Origin: a virus | Lineage: Duplodnaviria; Caudoviricetes | Virus record (IMG/VR): IMGVR_UViG_3300020112_000191 | Span: 1-64,000 of that record | Strand: one strand, 5' to 3' | Length of the DNA: 64,000 bases | In this document: positions 8,003-17,253 of the stretch, piece after piece | How the letters are laid out: each line of letters opens with the position of its first letter | Position numbering within the stretch: the stretch's first letter is position 1 | Notes under the pieces: generated by a model | Told to the model about the DNA's origin: nothing | The model's input: only the letters and a program-made list of their open reading frames with translations | Databases searched by the model: none | Position numbers and translations under genes: made by a program

Positions 8003-8028
8003 ATAAACAATTAAAAACAGTACTAATT

Positions 8029-8220
8029 ATGGAAAAGTATGTTATTAAAAAGGTAAATTCGGACGGAATGTCTGAAAAGTACCTAAGTCTAATCACTACA
8101 GCGTCAATTACTTGGACAGCTGATAAGAAACGCATTCGATTCTTTAGCCAAGAGACTGCTATGGTTATGGCAGAATGGCTCAAGAAAGAAGGAATTAATT
8201 GTATAGTACATTCAATCTAA
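8029..8220 (+). CDS. hypothetical protein (MEKYVIKK...)
   Basis: ATG 33 nt after the HH1 cleavage site with an A-rich leader. Confidence 0.65.
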   Translation: MEKYVIKKVNSDGMSEKYLSLITTASITWTADKKRIRFFSQETAMVMAEWLKKEGINCIVHSI

Positions 8221-8231
8221 AGAGAAAGCCT

Positions 8232-8663
8232 ATGTGTCTTAGATCAGCTGGAAAAATTCACACTGCAAAGCGTGATATTATAGTGTATAAGACGCTTGCA
8301 ATTGGAAAGAATTACAACATCTTCACTCAATACAGGCTAATTGAGCTTACAAATTACAGCGATGAGCTAATTGGCAAGAAGATGGAGAGTTAGCTAATTG
8401 ATTACAAGGATAATTGGTATAGTCCATCTGCAAAGAGAAGCTATACCACCACCAAAGTTGACTATGGAATTCATTCTTTCGTTAATCTTAATGAATGCCA
8501 ACTTGAGGCGGATCGCTTAAAGAATAGGCATTATTTTAAATTCTATGGTATGCTAGTAGTTGAATGTATTATACCCAAAGGAGCCAGATACATTAAAGGC
8601 AAATGGGGCCCTAATAGCGTCGATAGCATTGCCTCGGAAAAACTAATTATCAAAACACAGTAA
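8232..8663 (+). CDS. hypothetical phage protein, paralog of 14064-14453, with one in-frame TAG (8391-8393)
   Basis: MCL..IIVYK before the TAG and GIHSF..ECIIPKG..ASEKL after it both align with the paralog. Confidence 0.75.
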
Positions 8664-8676
8664 TATAATAAAAACA

Positions 8677-9003
8677 ATGGAAAACAAAACTAATTTCCTT
8701 GGCGAGACTACAGAGGTACGCCGAGCAAAAGCAGCCAGCAGAAAAGTTGCAGTAACTAAGTGGCTTGAAAATCAGGATAAGTGCGAGATGAAACAGATAC
8801 GCACCCCTAAAGGCATTAAGCGAGTAGAGATGAATTACTCTCTCTCGGATGATTGCTGGATTCTTAGCTTGACTATTGATAACTCTTATGCATTCAAGAA
8901 ATGTGTTACCTGGCGCAAGAAGAATTATCAGGAATGCAAGGCTTCGTTTGATTCGCTGTTCGAGAGCTACGTTAAATCAGACAATTTTAACGAAAATATC
9001 TGA
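8677..9003 (+). CDS. hypothetical protein
   Basis: 108-aa ORF with an A-rich leader. Confidence 0.65.
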   Translation: MENKTNFLGETTEVRRAKAASRKVAVTKWLENQDKCEMKQIRTPKGIKRVEMNYSLSDDCWILSLTIDNSYAFKKCVTWRKKNYQECKASFDSLFESYVKSDNFNENI

Positions 9004-9965
9004 TGAGACGATTCTTGATGCCACAAAACAAGAATATAAGCACAGGGGCTTTCATTACCTCTGTTGCTTTTATTAGTGTCGCAATAGCAGTATCACCAGC
9101 CTCATTTGGCTGGTTCGTTGCATTGTCTGGACTTGGTACAATCTCTTATTTTATATATCAAATCTTTGAATAAGATTGGAGATTTTAACGCCGTATTAGG
9201 GCTATTTATGCTCTACGGATTGCTTTGGTTTTTAATCGAGCATAACAAAAACAAATAATGGAATATTTAGCAATACTAATTGGCATTTGCGCTGTAGATT
9301 TCCTTTTATGGCGCATTGCCGACAAAATCTTAAAGAAATGAAAAATTTCACAGAACTAATTTGGTGCTTTATTTGTGGCCTTGTGATTCTTATGTTCTTG
9401 CTAGTTGTGTCAAGAATACTCCCAGAATGGAGCTTTTGTATTGCTTTTGTGGCTGTATCTGGAATGTTATTATTTGTGGCAGAATATTGCTACTGGAAAG
9501 ATAATAAAAACAAATAAGCTATGAAAGACTACATCGAAGAATTCTGGACTGAAGAGGATGTTCAGAATCGCTTATGGCATTTTGAAAGTAAGGCTATATA
9601 TAGATCTATGACTGAAGAGGAACTCAGAGAATGGGATCTTCTACAAGAGAGATTATGTATGTGGCAAAACGAAGAATTACACAACTATGGCACAAAACAA
9701 GCAGAACAAGCAGCTCTTTGCTGCTGAAGAAGATGATTGGGATCCAATAGCTGATCTCAGATCATTAAGATTTCGTCTTGTACTTAACATAATACTACTT
9801 AGTATCGAATTTAGTGCTATGCTTTATGTATTATTTTGGAGTATAGAGAGCATTGCATTGTTATTCGTTGCTCTTTGCGCAGTATTACCTATATTCCTCT
9901 GCATGAGGAAGATTAGGGATATTAAGGACGAGATTAGAACTATTAAATCAATTATAAGAGATTAA
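9003..9965 (+). other. cluster of tiny coupled ORFs, mostly membrane proteins (9003-9173, 9166-9258, 9258-9341, 9338-9517, 9521-9727, 9687-9965)
   Basis: overlapping stop/start codons; hydrophobic segments in five of six. Confidence 0.6.
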
Positions 9966-9966
9966 T

Positions 9967-10143
9967 ATGAGACCAGAACAAGTAAGAGAAATCAATCCTC
10001 TCGATGTAGAGGCTGAGATCAGGGAATATCTCAAAAAATGGAATCTTAAGATGTGTGAAGAGGATATTGAGTCTCTCACTTGTAGAATAGTCGATCTTCG
10101 AGAAAATGACTATGGCTGGGATCTTAGAGATTACATAGAATGA
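9967..10143 (+). CDS. 58-aa hypothetical protein (MRPEQVREINP...)
   Basis: fills the gap; ATGA overlap with the next gene. Confidence 0.6.
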   Translation: MRPEQVREINPLDVEAEIREYLKKWNLKMCEEDIESLTCRIVDLRENDYGWDLRDYIE

Positions 10144-10733
10144 GATGGATTTTAACAATTTGGCTAGCATTGCTCTCAACGGCGATGCTGGCTCAATCTC
10201 CGTATTCGCCTAAGTATATAAGTGTCGGACTCGACAACTTTACATACGAAGGTGATTACATCGGAGATTTTAATCATGGAATTCGTATCCAGTATTCAGA
10301 CACTATCGAGACTAGCTTTGATTACAGAGCTGGAATTGCAGCTGGTAATATTACTGGAAGGAAACCTTGGGGAGATTTCAAGACGGAATACACCGAAATT
10401 AGCTTCGGTTTAGACTGGACTAAGAATCTCACAAAGAGTAAGCCATTTATAGGCATTGGTTCTTCAGTTCTGTTTACACAGACTAAGAATCAATCATACG
10501 AGCAGACACTACATTGCTGTTCTCCAGCTATATATGGCTCTACTGGATTAAGAGCAACATGTTTGTCTAACTATGTTGATTTGTATTTTGAATTGCGTTC
10601 CACAATTCCATTCGGCCCAGATCGAGATAAGGTACTCGATGGACACGATGACAGAACGAATTCAGAATGCAATCATCATAATACAGATGTGCTATTTAAC
10701 GTTATTATCGGTATAGCTATAAATCTATACTGA
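10140..10733 (+). CDS. outer-membrane beta-barrel-like protein
   Basis: signal peptide AMLA-Q, alternating amphipathic strands, C-terminal IGIAINLY aromatic end. Confidence 0.7.
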   Translation: MRWILTIWLALLSTAMLAQSPYSPKYISVGLDNFTYEGDYIGDFNHGIRIQYSDTIETSFDYRAGIAAGNITGRKPWGDFKTEYTEISFGLDWTKNLTKSKPFIGIGSSVLFTQTKNQSYEQTLHCCSPAIYGSTGLRATCLSNYVDLYFELRSTIPFGPDRDKVLDGHDDRTNSECNHHNTDVLFNVIIGIAINLY

Positions 10734-10834
10734 TATGGAGACTATTTAAATACTTATTGCTCTAAATATATTGCTAGAACTAGTTATGTTCTGCATACTG
10801 GGCAAAATGTTTAACGACAAATTAAAAAAATAAA

Positions 10835-11647
10835 ATGGCACTCGTATTACCAAAGAAGCCAACTCCAGCAGTAAGTCATAATGCAGCTTCAATGATTATC
10901 TATGGCCTTCCAAAGGCTGGTAAGTCAAGCTTCTGTAGCAAGCTCCCTAATCATTTGATTCTTGATTTGGAGAATGGTTATAAGAACATAGAAGCTACAA
11001 AGCTTGTTATGGTTAATAATAGCACATTCATGGATGAGATTAAGGAGTTGATTCTTGCTCTTCGTGAAGAGAAGAAAGAGACTGGTGCAAATCCATATCG
11101 ATTTATTGTAATCGATAATGCCTCTCGACTTGGCGATCGTATGGAAAAGTACATATTGGACAAGTATCAGGCTAGCGATAAAGGCAAAGACTGGGGCTGG
11201 CTCAAGAAAGATGGCTTGGTTGTAAAAGATCAAGCTGGCAACAAAGTAAGAGACCCTAAGATCAACTCTAGCGATATTCCATTCGGCGGCGGTGTAGTTA
11301 TATTGCGTGAGGCAATTTGTACCCTTCTTCAGCAGCTTGGAGAATATTGCGAGACAGTAATCTTGGTTTGCCATGCTACAGAGAAATCAATCAATGTAGA
11401 TGGCATAGACACTAAGCACCAGGTAATCGATCTTAGCGGAAAGTCAGCAGATAAGATCGCTGGCATGGTTGATGCTATAGGATGGCTCTATAGGGCTGTA
11501 GATGGCAAGACTATGCTTTCATTTAAGTCTGGTGATAATATCTGTAGAGGCGCAAGACCAGATCATCTGCGTAATCGTGAGTTCCCTGTGATAACTTGCG
11601 ATGACGAAAATCAATTACACATTGACATTTCTAAAATCTTCATCTAA
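10835..11647 (+). CDS. AAA_24 / Sak4-like recombination ATPase
   Basis: YGLPKAGKS Walker A, ILDLENG, IVIDN, LVCH, DAIGWL. Confidence 0.85.
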   Translation: MALVLPKKPTPAVSHNAASMIIYGLPKAGKSSFCSKLPNHLILDLENGYKNIEATKLVMVNNSTFMDEIKELILALREEKKETGANPYRFIVIDNASRLGDRMEKYILDKYQASDKGKDWGWLKKDGLVVKDQAGNKVRDPKINSSDIPFGGGVVILREAICTLLQQLGEYCETVILVCHATEKSINVDGIDTKHQVIDLSGKSADKIAGMVDAIGWLYRAVDGKTMLSFKSGDNICRGARPDHLRNREFPVITCDDENQLHIDISKIFI

Positions 11648-11756
11648 TGTTGATACTCAAAGGAATTGGGGCAGCACTTATTTGTCTAACAATAATGAGT
11701 TGTCTTACCGCATTAGTGGTACTTGCATCTTCATTAGCTAGATATTATAAGAAGCT

Positions 11757-11999
11757 ATGATGAGCCCAAAATGTTGGCATCTGAATGCCATAATCAAGAA
11801 AGTAAAGTCAATGGGCGGCAAAATTAAATTGATAAGCGAAACACCAATTGACTATGGAGAACAAAAGATTCTTACTCCAACAAAATTATACACCTATGAG
11901 TCTAACGGCAAAATTACAAGTCGTACTCTTATAGAGATGGAAGACTGGGAAGTAAGAAGCTTATCTGCTGAGCTTAACTACAATTCAATTAACTACTAG
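11757..11999 (+). CDS. hypothetical protein
   Basis: 80-aa ORF coupled to a 37-aa hydrophobic ORF at 11647-11760. Confidence 0.55.
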   Translation: MMSPKCWHLNAIIKKVKSMGGKIKLISETPIDYGEQKILTPTKLYTYESNGKITSRTLIEMEDWEVRSLSAELNYNSINY

Positions 12000-12032
12000 C
12001 GGCTATAAGGCCGTATTTAAATCAATTCTAAT

Positions 12033-12341
12033 ATGGCTAAGAAAGCGTATGTAAAGCCTAATATCGAAGGTGTTGCTGGAGATAATGACATCAATCTTGT
12101 ATCAATGTCTATGGGCCCAAATCCTGGTGGAGAGCCATCTGGCCCAGGAGATAGGGGTATGTGGTGCGAAGCTTGTCATTGTTGTATCTTTTTTCATAAG
12201 ACAAGACATGGACAAATAGTAATATGCAGCCCAGGCGAAGAGGCATTGTGTCGAAGATCTCATGCTTACGATAATCCATTCGATCGATCGAAAGGTACTG
12301 AGTTTGATAGCAATCCATTCGGTAATAATCCATTTGGTTAG
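12033..12341 (+). CDS. Cys-rich small protein with a YxxP leader-like N-terminus
   Basis: MAKKAYVKPNIE, G/P linker, CEACHCC, three NPF repeats. Confidence 0.65.
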   Translation: MAKKAYVKPNIEGVAGDNDINLVSMSMGPNPGGEPSGPGDRGMWCEACHCCIFFHKTRHGQIVICSPGEEALCRRSHAYDNPFDRSKGTEFDSNPFGNNPFG

Positions 12342-12345
12342 GCTT

Positions 12346-12388
12346 AATAAGCATTGTGCTATCCTTAATGGGTGGCACTTTGCTTATT
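12346..12388 (+). terminator. long hairpin (terminator or processing site)
   Basis: AATAAGCA..GTGCTATCC/GGGTGGCAC..TGCTTATT. Confidence 0.5.
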
Positions 12389-12482
12389 TAACAAATTAAA
12401 CAAAACTAGTTCACAATATAAGTGCAATATATAAAGCTTAGTTGTGAATATAATTAACAATAACAATTTAATATTTACAATC

Positions 12483-13076
12483 ATGGCAACAGAAAAAGCA
12501 TTATGCTGTAAACTAGACAAAGGTACTACTATTTATTTGTTTCATGCGGATAAACAGCAAGTATGTAAGGCCAAAGTAATTGGTTATTCAGTAGAAAAAT
12601 ACAATAGATTTGACGATGTATATCTAAGAGTTCTTGCTAAGCAACAGGTAGATAAGAAAATCTGGGCAACTGTTAATATTTATTTCCGACCTGAAGATGC
12701 AATTCTTGGCGAAAATAAGATAAAGGCATCACATAAGGTAATGGACAGAGACGGTTGGCTGAGCTTCATTAAATCGTTGGCTCCTAAGAAAGAGAAATTC
12801 TTGCAACATGCTTATTTCGAGGATGGCTATCTGAAGATTAAATATTGGTACATAAGAGACAATAGAATAGAACACGACTACAGGTATGTATCATTTAAAA
12901 CCTTCTGTAACGAAACAGACAGCGAGAATCATTTTACGTATCAGATAAATCTAGATACAGACCTAAATGTTAAAGAATTTGGCGTTGCTCTACCATTAAA
13001 TCTTGCCGGTAAGGAAATATTTCCAACAGAAGCTGATGCAAAGAAGACCCTATTAAAGAGAATTAAGGTATGTTAA
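12483..13076 (+). CDS. hypothetical protein
   Basis: long ORF; probable start MATEK. Confidence 0.65.
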   Translation: MATEKALCCKLDKGTTIYLFHADKQQVCKAKVIGYSVEKYNRFDDVYLRVLAKQQVDKKIWATVNIYFRPEDAILGENKIKASHKVMDRDGWLSFIKSLAPKKEKFLQHAYFEDGYLKIKYWYIRDNRIEHDYRYVSFKTFCNETDSENHFTYQINLDTDLNVKEFGVALPLNLAGKEIFPTEADAKKTLLKRIKVC

Positions 13077-13258
13077 TAAACGGAGTTGAGTACATCCTCA
13101 ATCCAGATAAGGAAGCAAGGAAAGTAGTCGTCGAAGCCATTAAGGCTAACGATGGCTATTGCCCATGCGTCATTGAGAAGAATGAGGATACAAAATGTAA
13201 TTGTAAGAAATTTCGTGAAGAAGGAGACTGCCATTGTGGACTCTGGATTCGTAAATAA
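13070..13258 (+). CDS. ferredoxin-thioredoxin reductase catalytic-domain-like protein
   Basis: GYCPC...CNC...CHCGL three CxC motifs. Confidence 0.8.
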   Translation: MLINGVEYILNPDKEARKVVVEAIKANDGYCPCVIEKNEDTKCNCKKFREEGDCHCGLWIRK

Positions 13259-13274
13259 TAAATAAACTTAACAA

Positions 13275-13691
13275 ATGAATAAGTACACACAGGACATAGT
13301 TCTTGGTTATGGTAAGATGCTCTTCGTGGCAGCAAATCAGATTGACGCTCTCAATACAAAGATTGACAAGATTGCCGCTAAGAAGGCCGACATAGATGAC
13401 AAAATCCTCGCTATGAAGGATGAAGTTGTTCGCCTCTACAAGGAACTTGCTGACCTTAAGATCGAGAAAGATAACATCGTTGAAGACGCTAATGAACTCA
13501 CAGAGAACATCATCGAGAAGTCTGGCATGAATCCAGAGGATCTTCTTGAAGTAGTCAATGTAGAGTTCGAGCGCAAGGGCAACAAGGTAGTAAAGCAGGT
13601 TGTGCAATACAAGGCTGGCTTGGATCTCAATGTAATCGCACCAGCTGAAGTCAATCTATACGCAAACACAAAAGAAGAGAAGGAGGCTTAA
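13275..13691 (+). CDS. coiled-coil hypothetical protein
   Basis: 138-aa ORF with a heptad pattern. Confidence 0.7.
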   Translation: MNKYTQDIVLGYGKMLFVAANQIDALNTKIDKIAAKKADIDDKILAMKDEVVRLYKELADLKIEKDNIVEDANELTENIIEKSGMNPEDLLEVVNVEFERKGNKVVKQVVQYKAGLDLNVIAPAEVNLYANTKEEKEA

Positions 13692-13696
13692 TAACT

Positions 13697-13972
13697 ATGG
13701 AGAATACAATCGAAATTACAGAATTTGGCGCAAAAGTAACGCTCTCTGACGGAAATGAACTTGAGTATCGTATTCCAACTAAGGAAGAAAAGAAGGCAGC
13801 TAAAGATGATCAGGAGTACATTCTTAAGAGCAGTGATTTCGTATTTAGAAAATTCGAAGATGGCTCTTCAACATTGTATTGTCCAGATGGATACGGCCTT
13901 TGTGCAGCTGGAGCTATTGATAAGCTCAAAATTGCATCTTACGAAGCAAATTTGGTGATAACTAAGTACTAA
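13697..13972 (+). CDS. hypothetical protein
   Basis: 91-aa ORF. Confidence 0.65.
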   Translation: MENTIEITEFGAKVTLSDGNELEYRIPTKEEKKAAKDDQEYILKSSDFVFRKFEDGSSTLYCPDGYGLCAAGAIDKLKIASYEANLVITKY

Positions 13973-13973
13973 A

Positions 13974-14040
13974 GACCTACTGACGAGTCGTTGAAAATTA
14001 CGACGAAACATGGCGCACTGCGGTGCGTTATGTCTAGGTT
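13974..14040 (+). ncRNA. hammerhead ribozyme, type I (HH2); cleavage after C14034
   Basis: stem I GACCUA/UAGGUU, CUGACGA, stem II GUCGU/ACGAC, GAAA, 10-bp stem III, GUC triplet. Confidence 0.93.
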
Positions 14041-14063
14041 AAACTTTTAAAAACAAAACTAAT

Positions 14064-14453
14064 ATGTGTTTAATAACAAGAGCAAAACACGCTCACAAGA
14101 CAGAAGTACCAATATTGGTATATAAAGTTTTTAACGAATATTGCGAAAACTACTATACGCCATACCAAAGTGTTCTTGCAAAATGCGGAGAAAATTTGTG
14201 TGCCGAGAATCTTAGTAAAGATGCTTTTAAGTTTGGCAAAAACTACATTGTAGGAGATGAAGGCGTACATTCATTTGAACACATTGGTGACGCTATAGCT
14301 CTAGCATTGAAGCTTCATGGTGTAGTTATTCAGTGCATAATTCCAGCTGGAGATTACTATTGGAAATCAGTAGATGGTAGAGAGTATGCTTCCAAGACTC
14401 TCATGGTTGGTAAAGCAGTACATTCATACGAAGAAACAATAATTCATAAATAA
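14064..14453 (+). CDS. hypothetical phage protein (paralog of 8232-8663)
   Basis: MCL..ILVYKV..GVHSF..CIIPAG..YASKTL. Confidence 0.75.
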   Translation: MCLITRAKHAHKTEVPILVYKVFNEYCENYYTPYQSVLAKCGENLCAENLSKDAFKFGKNYIVGDEGVHSFEHIGDAIALALKLHGVVIQCIIPAGDYYWKSVDGREYASKTLMVGKAVHSYEETIIHK

Positions 14454-14454
14454 T

Positions 14455-14588
14455 ATGGCAAATAAAAATTTATCAGCAGCAAGATGGCTGGATATCATAT
14501 CATCCCTCGGATAAATGGTGAAAAGACTACTATTGATAACTTACAGATGCTTTGCGCACATTGCAATGCAGTAAAATCTAATAACTAA
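14455..14588 (+). pseudogene. HNH endonuclease C-terminal remnant joined to a short unrelated N-terminus
   Basis: 14484-14588 reads MAGYHIIPRINGEKTTIDNLQMLCAHCNAVKSNN; 14455 reads MANKNLSAA in another frame. Confidence 0.7.
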
Positions 14589-14622
14589 TAAAACAACCGC
14601 CGAAAGGCATAAAACAAATAAG

Positions 14623-15579
14623 ATGAATATTTCAGGAAATTTTCAGGCAGCAAACAATAACAACGAAGGCGTATCATTCAAGAAGTATATCGGCATTGCT
14701 CCAATGTCAGTAATCGCAGTAAATCCAACTGCAGATGAGATTGAGAAGCTCACTGGTCACAAGCCAGAGAAGGAGCCAGTATATGTAGGTAAGCTTCCTT
14801 CTGGAGAGCAGACAGCTAGAGTTAAGTTCTTCTTGAATGTAGAGGCTGGTGCAGAGACTAAGGTGATGACTTGCACATTCGACTTGATCAAGCGTGTAAA
14901 CGCAAACATGGACAAGACTAAGGTTCAGGTAATCGACAAGTATGGCCGTACAGCATGGGTAACAGTTCAGCAGGCTGCTAACGATGAGATTCCAGTCTAC
15001 AAAAATGGCCCAGCTGCATTGGCACATGGATACAGCAAGACTATCGTCGGCCAGGATAAGCTGATCTCATTCATGAAGAGCTGGTTGAATGTTTACAATC
15101 CTCGCAAGTGGGATGCAACAACTCGTACATGGTCTGAGTCTACTGATGATAAGTATCTCTCAAAGTGCCTCTGTGAGCTTACTCCAGATGATCTCAAGAA
15201 GATCTTCGCTGGCAATGTAGAAGATCTCAAGGGTTTCGTAGAGGGCTTTGGTTCAGTTCGCTTCATCGGTACTGTAGGTTTGCAGCCAAACAAGGAAGGC
15301 GATAAGCTCTACAATCTCGTATGGCCAGAGGTTGGTTCAACTTGCTCAATTCGTGATACTAAGCGTTTCGAGCCAGTTCGCACTATCAACAGCTATATGA
15401 ACGGCAGCAACGCTAAGTGGATTCTTGATGTATGTGATATTAAGGAGTATGCTCCAGCACCATCGCAGCCAACAACGATTCCAGCTGGTACACCAAACTC
15501 AGAAGTATTCGCTGGCGCACCTGATGTAGCTCCTACAGATCTGAATCTCATTCAGCCTTCAGACGATCTTCCATTCTAA
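14623..15579 (+). CDS. single-stranded DNA-binding protein, crAss type
   Basis: acidic-aromatic tail DDLPF; located near the Sak4-like ATPase and primase. Confidence 0.7.
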   Translation: MNISGNFQAANNNNEGVSFKKYIGIAPMSVIAVNPTADEIEKLTGHKPEKEPVYVGKLPSGEQTARVKFFLNVEAGAETKVMTCTFDLIKRVNANMDKTKVQVIDKYGRTAWVTVQQAANDEIPVYKNGPAALAHGYSKTIVGQDKLISFMKSWLNVYNPRKWDATTRTWSESTDDKYLSKCLCELTPDDLKKIFAGNVEDLKGFVEGFGSVRFIGTVGLQPNKEGDKLYNLVWPEVGSTCSIRDTKRFEPVRTINSYMNGSNAKWILDVCDIKEYAPAPSQPTTIPAGTPNSEVFAGAPDVAPTDLNLIQPSDDLPF

Positions 15580-15875
15580 TGGATGCATACGAGACTTTGT
15601 TAAATAAAATCAATGATCGCCAATCGTGTTATTACATTAGTGATAATACGGTTGGCATTATTGTAAACAAGTGTCATTGTGACTTAATAGAATGCAAAGA
15701 TGTTAATGAAGAATACGTTGACACTTGGGATACTATAGAGATTCCGAATATAGGTATGTTCGATGTTAATATCTGGAGAAGTGAACAATTGCAAGTTACG
15801 CTGTATCCAATAATAAACGAACGTACTGAGTTCAGTATATTTCATTCACTAAAATCCCAGAAACAGAAGAAGTAG
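15579..15875 (+). CDS. hypothetical protein
   Basis: TAATG coupling to SSB. Confidence 0.6.
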   Translation: MDAYETLLNKINDRQSCYYISDNTVGIIVNKCHCDLIECKDVNEEYVDTWDTIEIPNIGMFDVNIWRSEQLQVTLYPIINERTEFSIFHSLKSQKQKK

Positions 15876-15893
15876 GGGGCTAACTTACTAGTT

Positions 15894-16940
15894 ATGAACA
15901 TTTCAGCAAATAAACCCAAAGAACATACAACCACTTACAAGGAAATATTGGAAAGAGTTCATAACGATGAGAATGTATTGCTTTCCATATACTTAGAGGT
16001 GGTCAAGATTCCATGTCTGATAAATTCTCCATTACGAGACGATAAGAAGCCATCATTTCGCTTCTTAAAAGACAGATATGGAAATATACACTGGATTGAT
16101 TTTACCACTGGAGAAAGCGGCAATTTGATCGATTTCTTGATGGCTTATCTTAAGCTTAATTATGAAGCGTTAATCGACAGATTAGACACAGATACTGGTG
16201 GCCCAAGCTTGCCGAGAGGCACTAAAGCCAGGGCAGAAAGACTAGCTAAGAATAGCAAGAAATTAAATAGATGGACATTAGCAGCTACACATAGAGAATG
16301 GCAACAATATGATGTCGAGTATTGGGCATCTTACGGAATTACATTAGAATGGTTAAAGAAAGCTAATGTATTCCCAGTTCAGTTCATCTGGTATATTGGA
16401 GAAGATGGAGACAAGTTCTATTTTCCAGCAGAGAAATATGCTTATGTCTATTACGAAATGAAAGATGGAATCACAAGATGTAAAGTATATCAACCTTACA
16501 GCACGAAACGAAAATGGCAATCCAATCTAACTGAAGATATATGGTCATTATGGACATTATTGCCTAAGACTGGCGATAATGTATTCATCACATCATCATT
16601 AAAAGATGGCCTTAATTTATATATAAACACTGGTATTCCATCTGTATCTATGCAGGGCGAAGGTTACGAGCCAAAACCTCAGATTATAGAGGAATTGAAA
16701 CGTAGATTTACTAATGTCTGGATCTTCTTTGACAATGATTATAAGAATCCGAATAATCCAGGCAGAACTGACGCTAAGAAGCTGTGCAAGAAATATGGCT
16801 TATTTTACGTTGAAATTCCAGCTAGGTATGAAGCAAAAGATCCTAGTGATCTGTATAAGAAATATGGCCATCAAATGTATATGGGAGCAATTAAAGAAGC
16901 AGTAAAAACAGCTCAATACGCAAAATTTATCAATGAATAA
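15894..16940 (+). CDS. DnaG-like DNA primase
   Basis: SPLRDDKKPSF N-terminal motif; Toprim TSSLKD, FFDND, KDPSD. Confidence 0.85.
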   Translation: MNISANKPKEHTTTYKEILERVHNDENVLLSIYLEVVKIPCLINSPLRDDKKPSFRFLKDRYGNIHWIDFTTGESGNLIDFLMAYLKLNYEALIDRLDTDTGGPSLPRGTKARAERLAKNSKKLNRWTLAATHREWQQYDVEYWASYGITLEWLKKANVFPVQFIWYIGEDGDKFYFPAEKYAYVYYEMKDGITRCKVYQPYSTKRKWQSNLTEDIWSLWTLLPKTGDNVFITSSLKDGLNLYINTGIPSVSMQGEGYEPKPQIIEELKRRFTNVWIFFDNDYKNPNNPGRTDAKKLCKKYGLFYVEIPARYEAKDPSDLYKKYGHQMYMGAIKEAVKTAQYAKFINE

Positions 16941-17253
16941 AATTAGACCGACATTCTATGTCGTAAATAGATACGGAGAACTATATCGTATTGCAGAGGG
17001 TGACGGATCAAATCTAGATCAATGTGATATTGACTCTGGATTTGTAGATTACATAATCCTTGAGAAGAAGTTATTGAATGACAATGAAGAGCGAATCAAT
17101 AACCATCCGTATGATGATGGTGCAATGATTTTGCTTACTCATCCATACGATAATTTCAAAACTTGTGAACAATGTTTAAAGGCCATTGTAAAGAACGGAT
17201 GGCTTGCAGAATCAACTTATTTTATACTAGAAGATGACTCAATACTTGACTGA
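16933..17253 (+). CDS. hypothetical protein
   Basis: 106-aa overlapping ORF. Confidence 0.6.
   Translation: MNKIRPTFYVVNRYGELYRIAEGDGSNLDQCDIDSGFVDYIILEKKLLNDNEERINNHPYDDGAMILLTHPYDNFKTCEQCLKAIVKNGWLAESTYFILEDDSILD

Noticed and set aside
7951-8028. N-terminal extension of ORF 7951-8220
   Set aside because: TTG start runs through HH1; ATG 8029 with an A-rich leader is the better start
10735-10833. Small membrane ORF METI*ILIALNILL... as further evidence of recoding
   Set aside because: The internal stop is TAA, which points to ordinary decay or error and weakens rather than supports amber recoding
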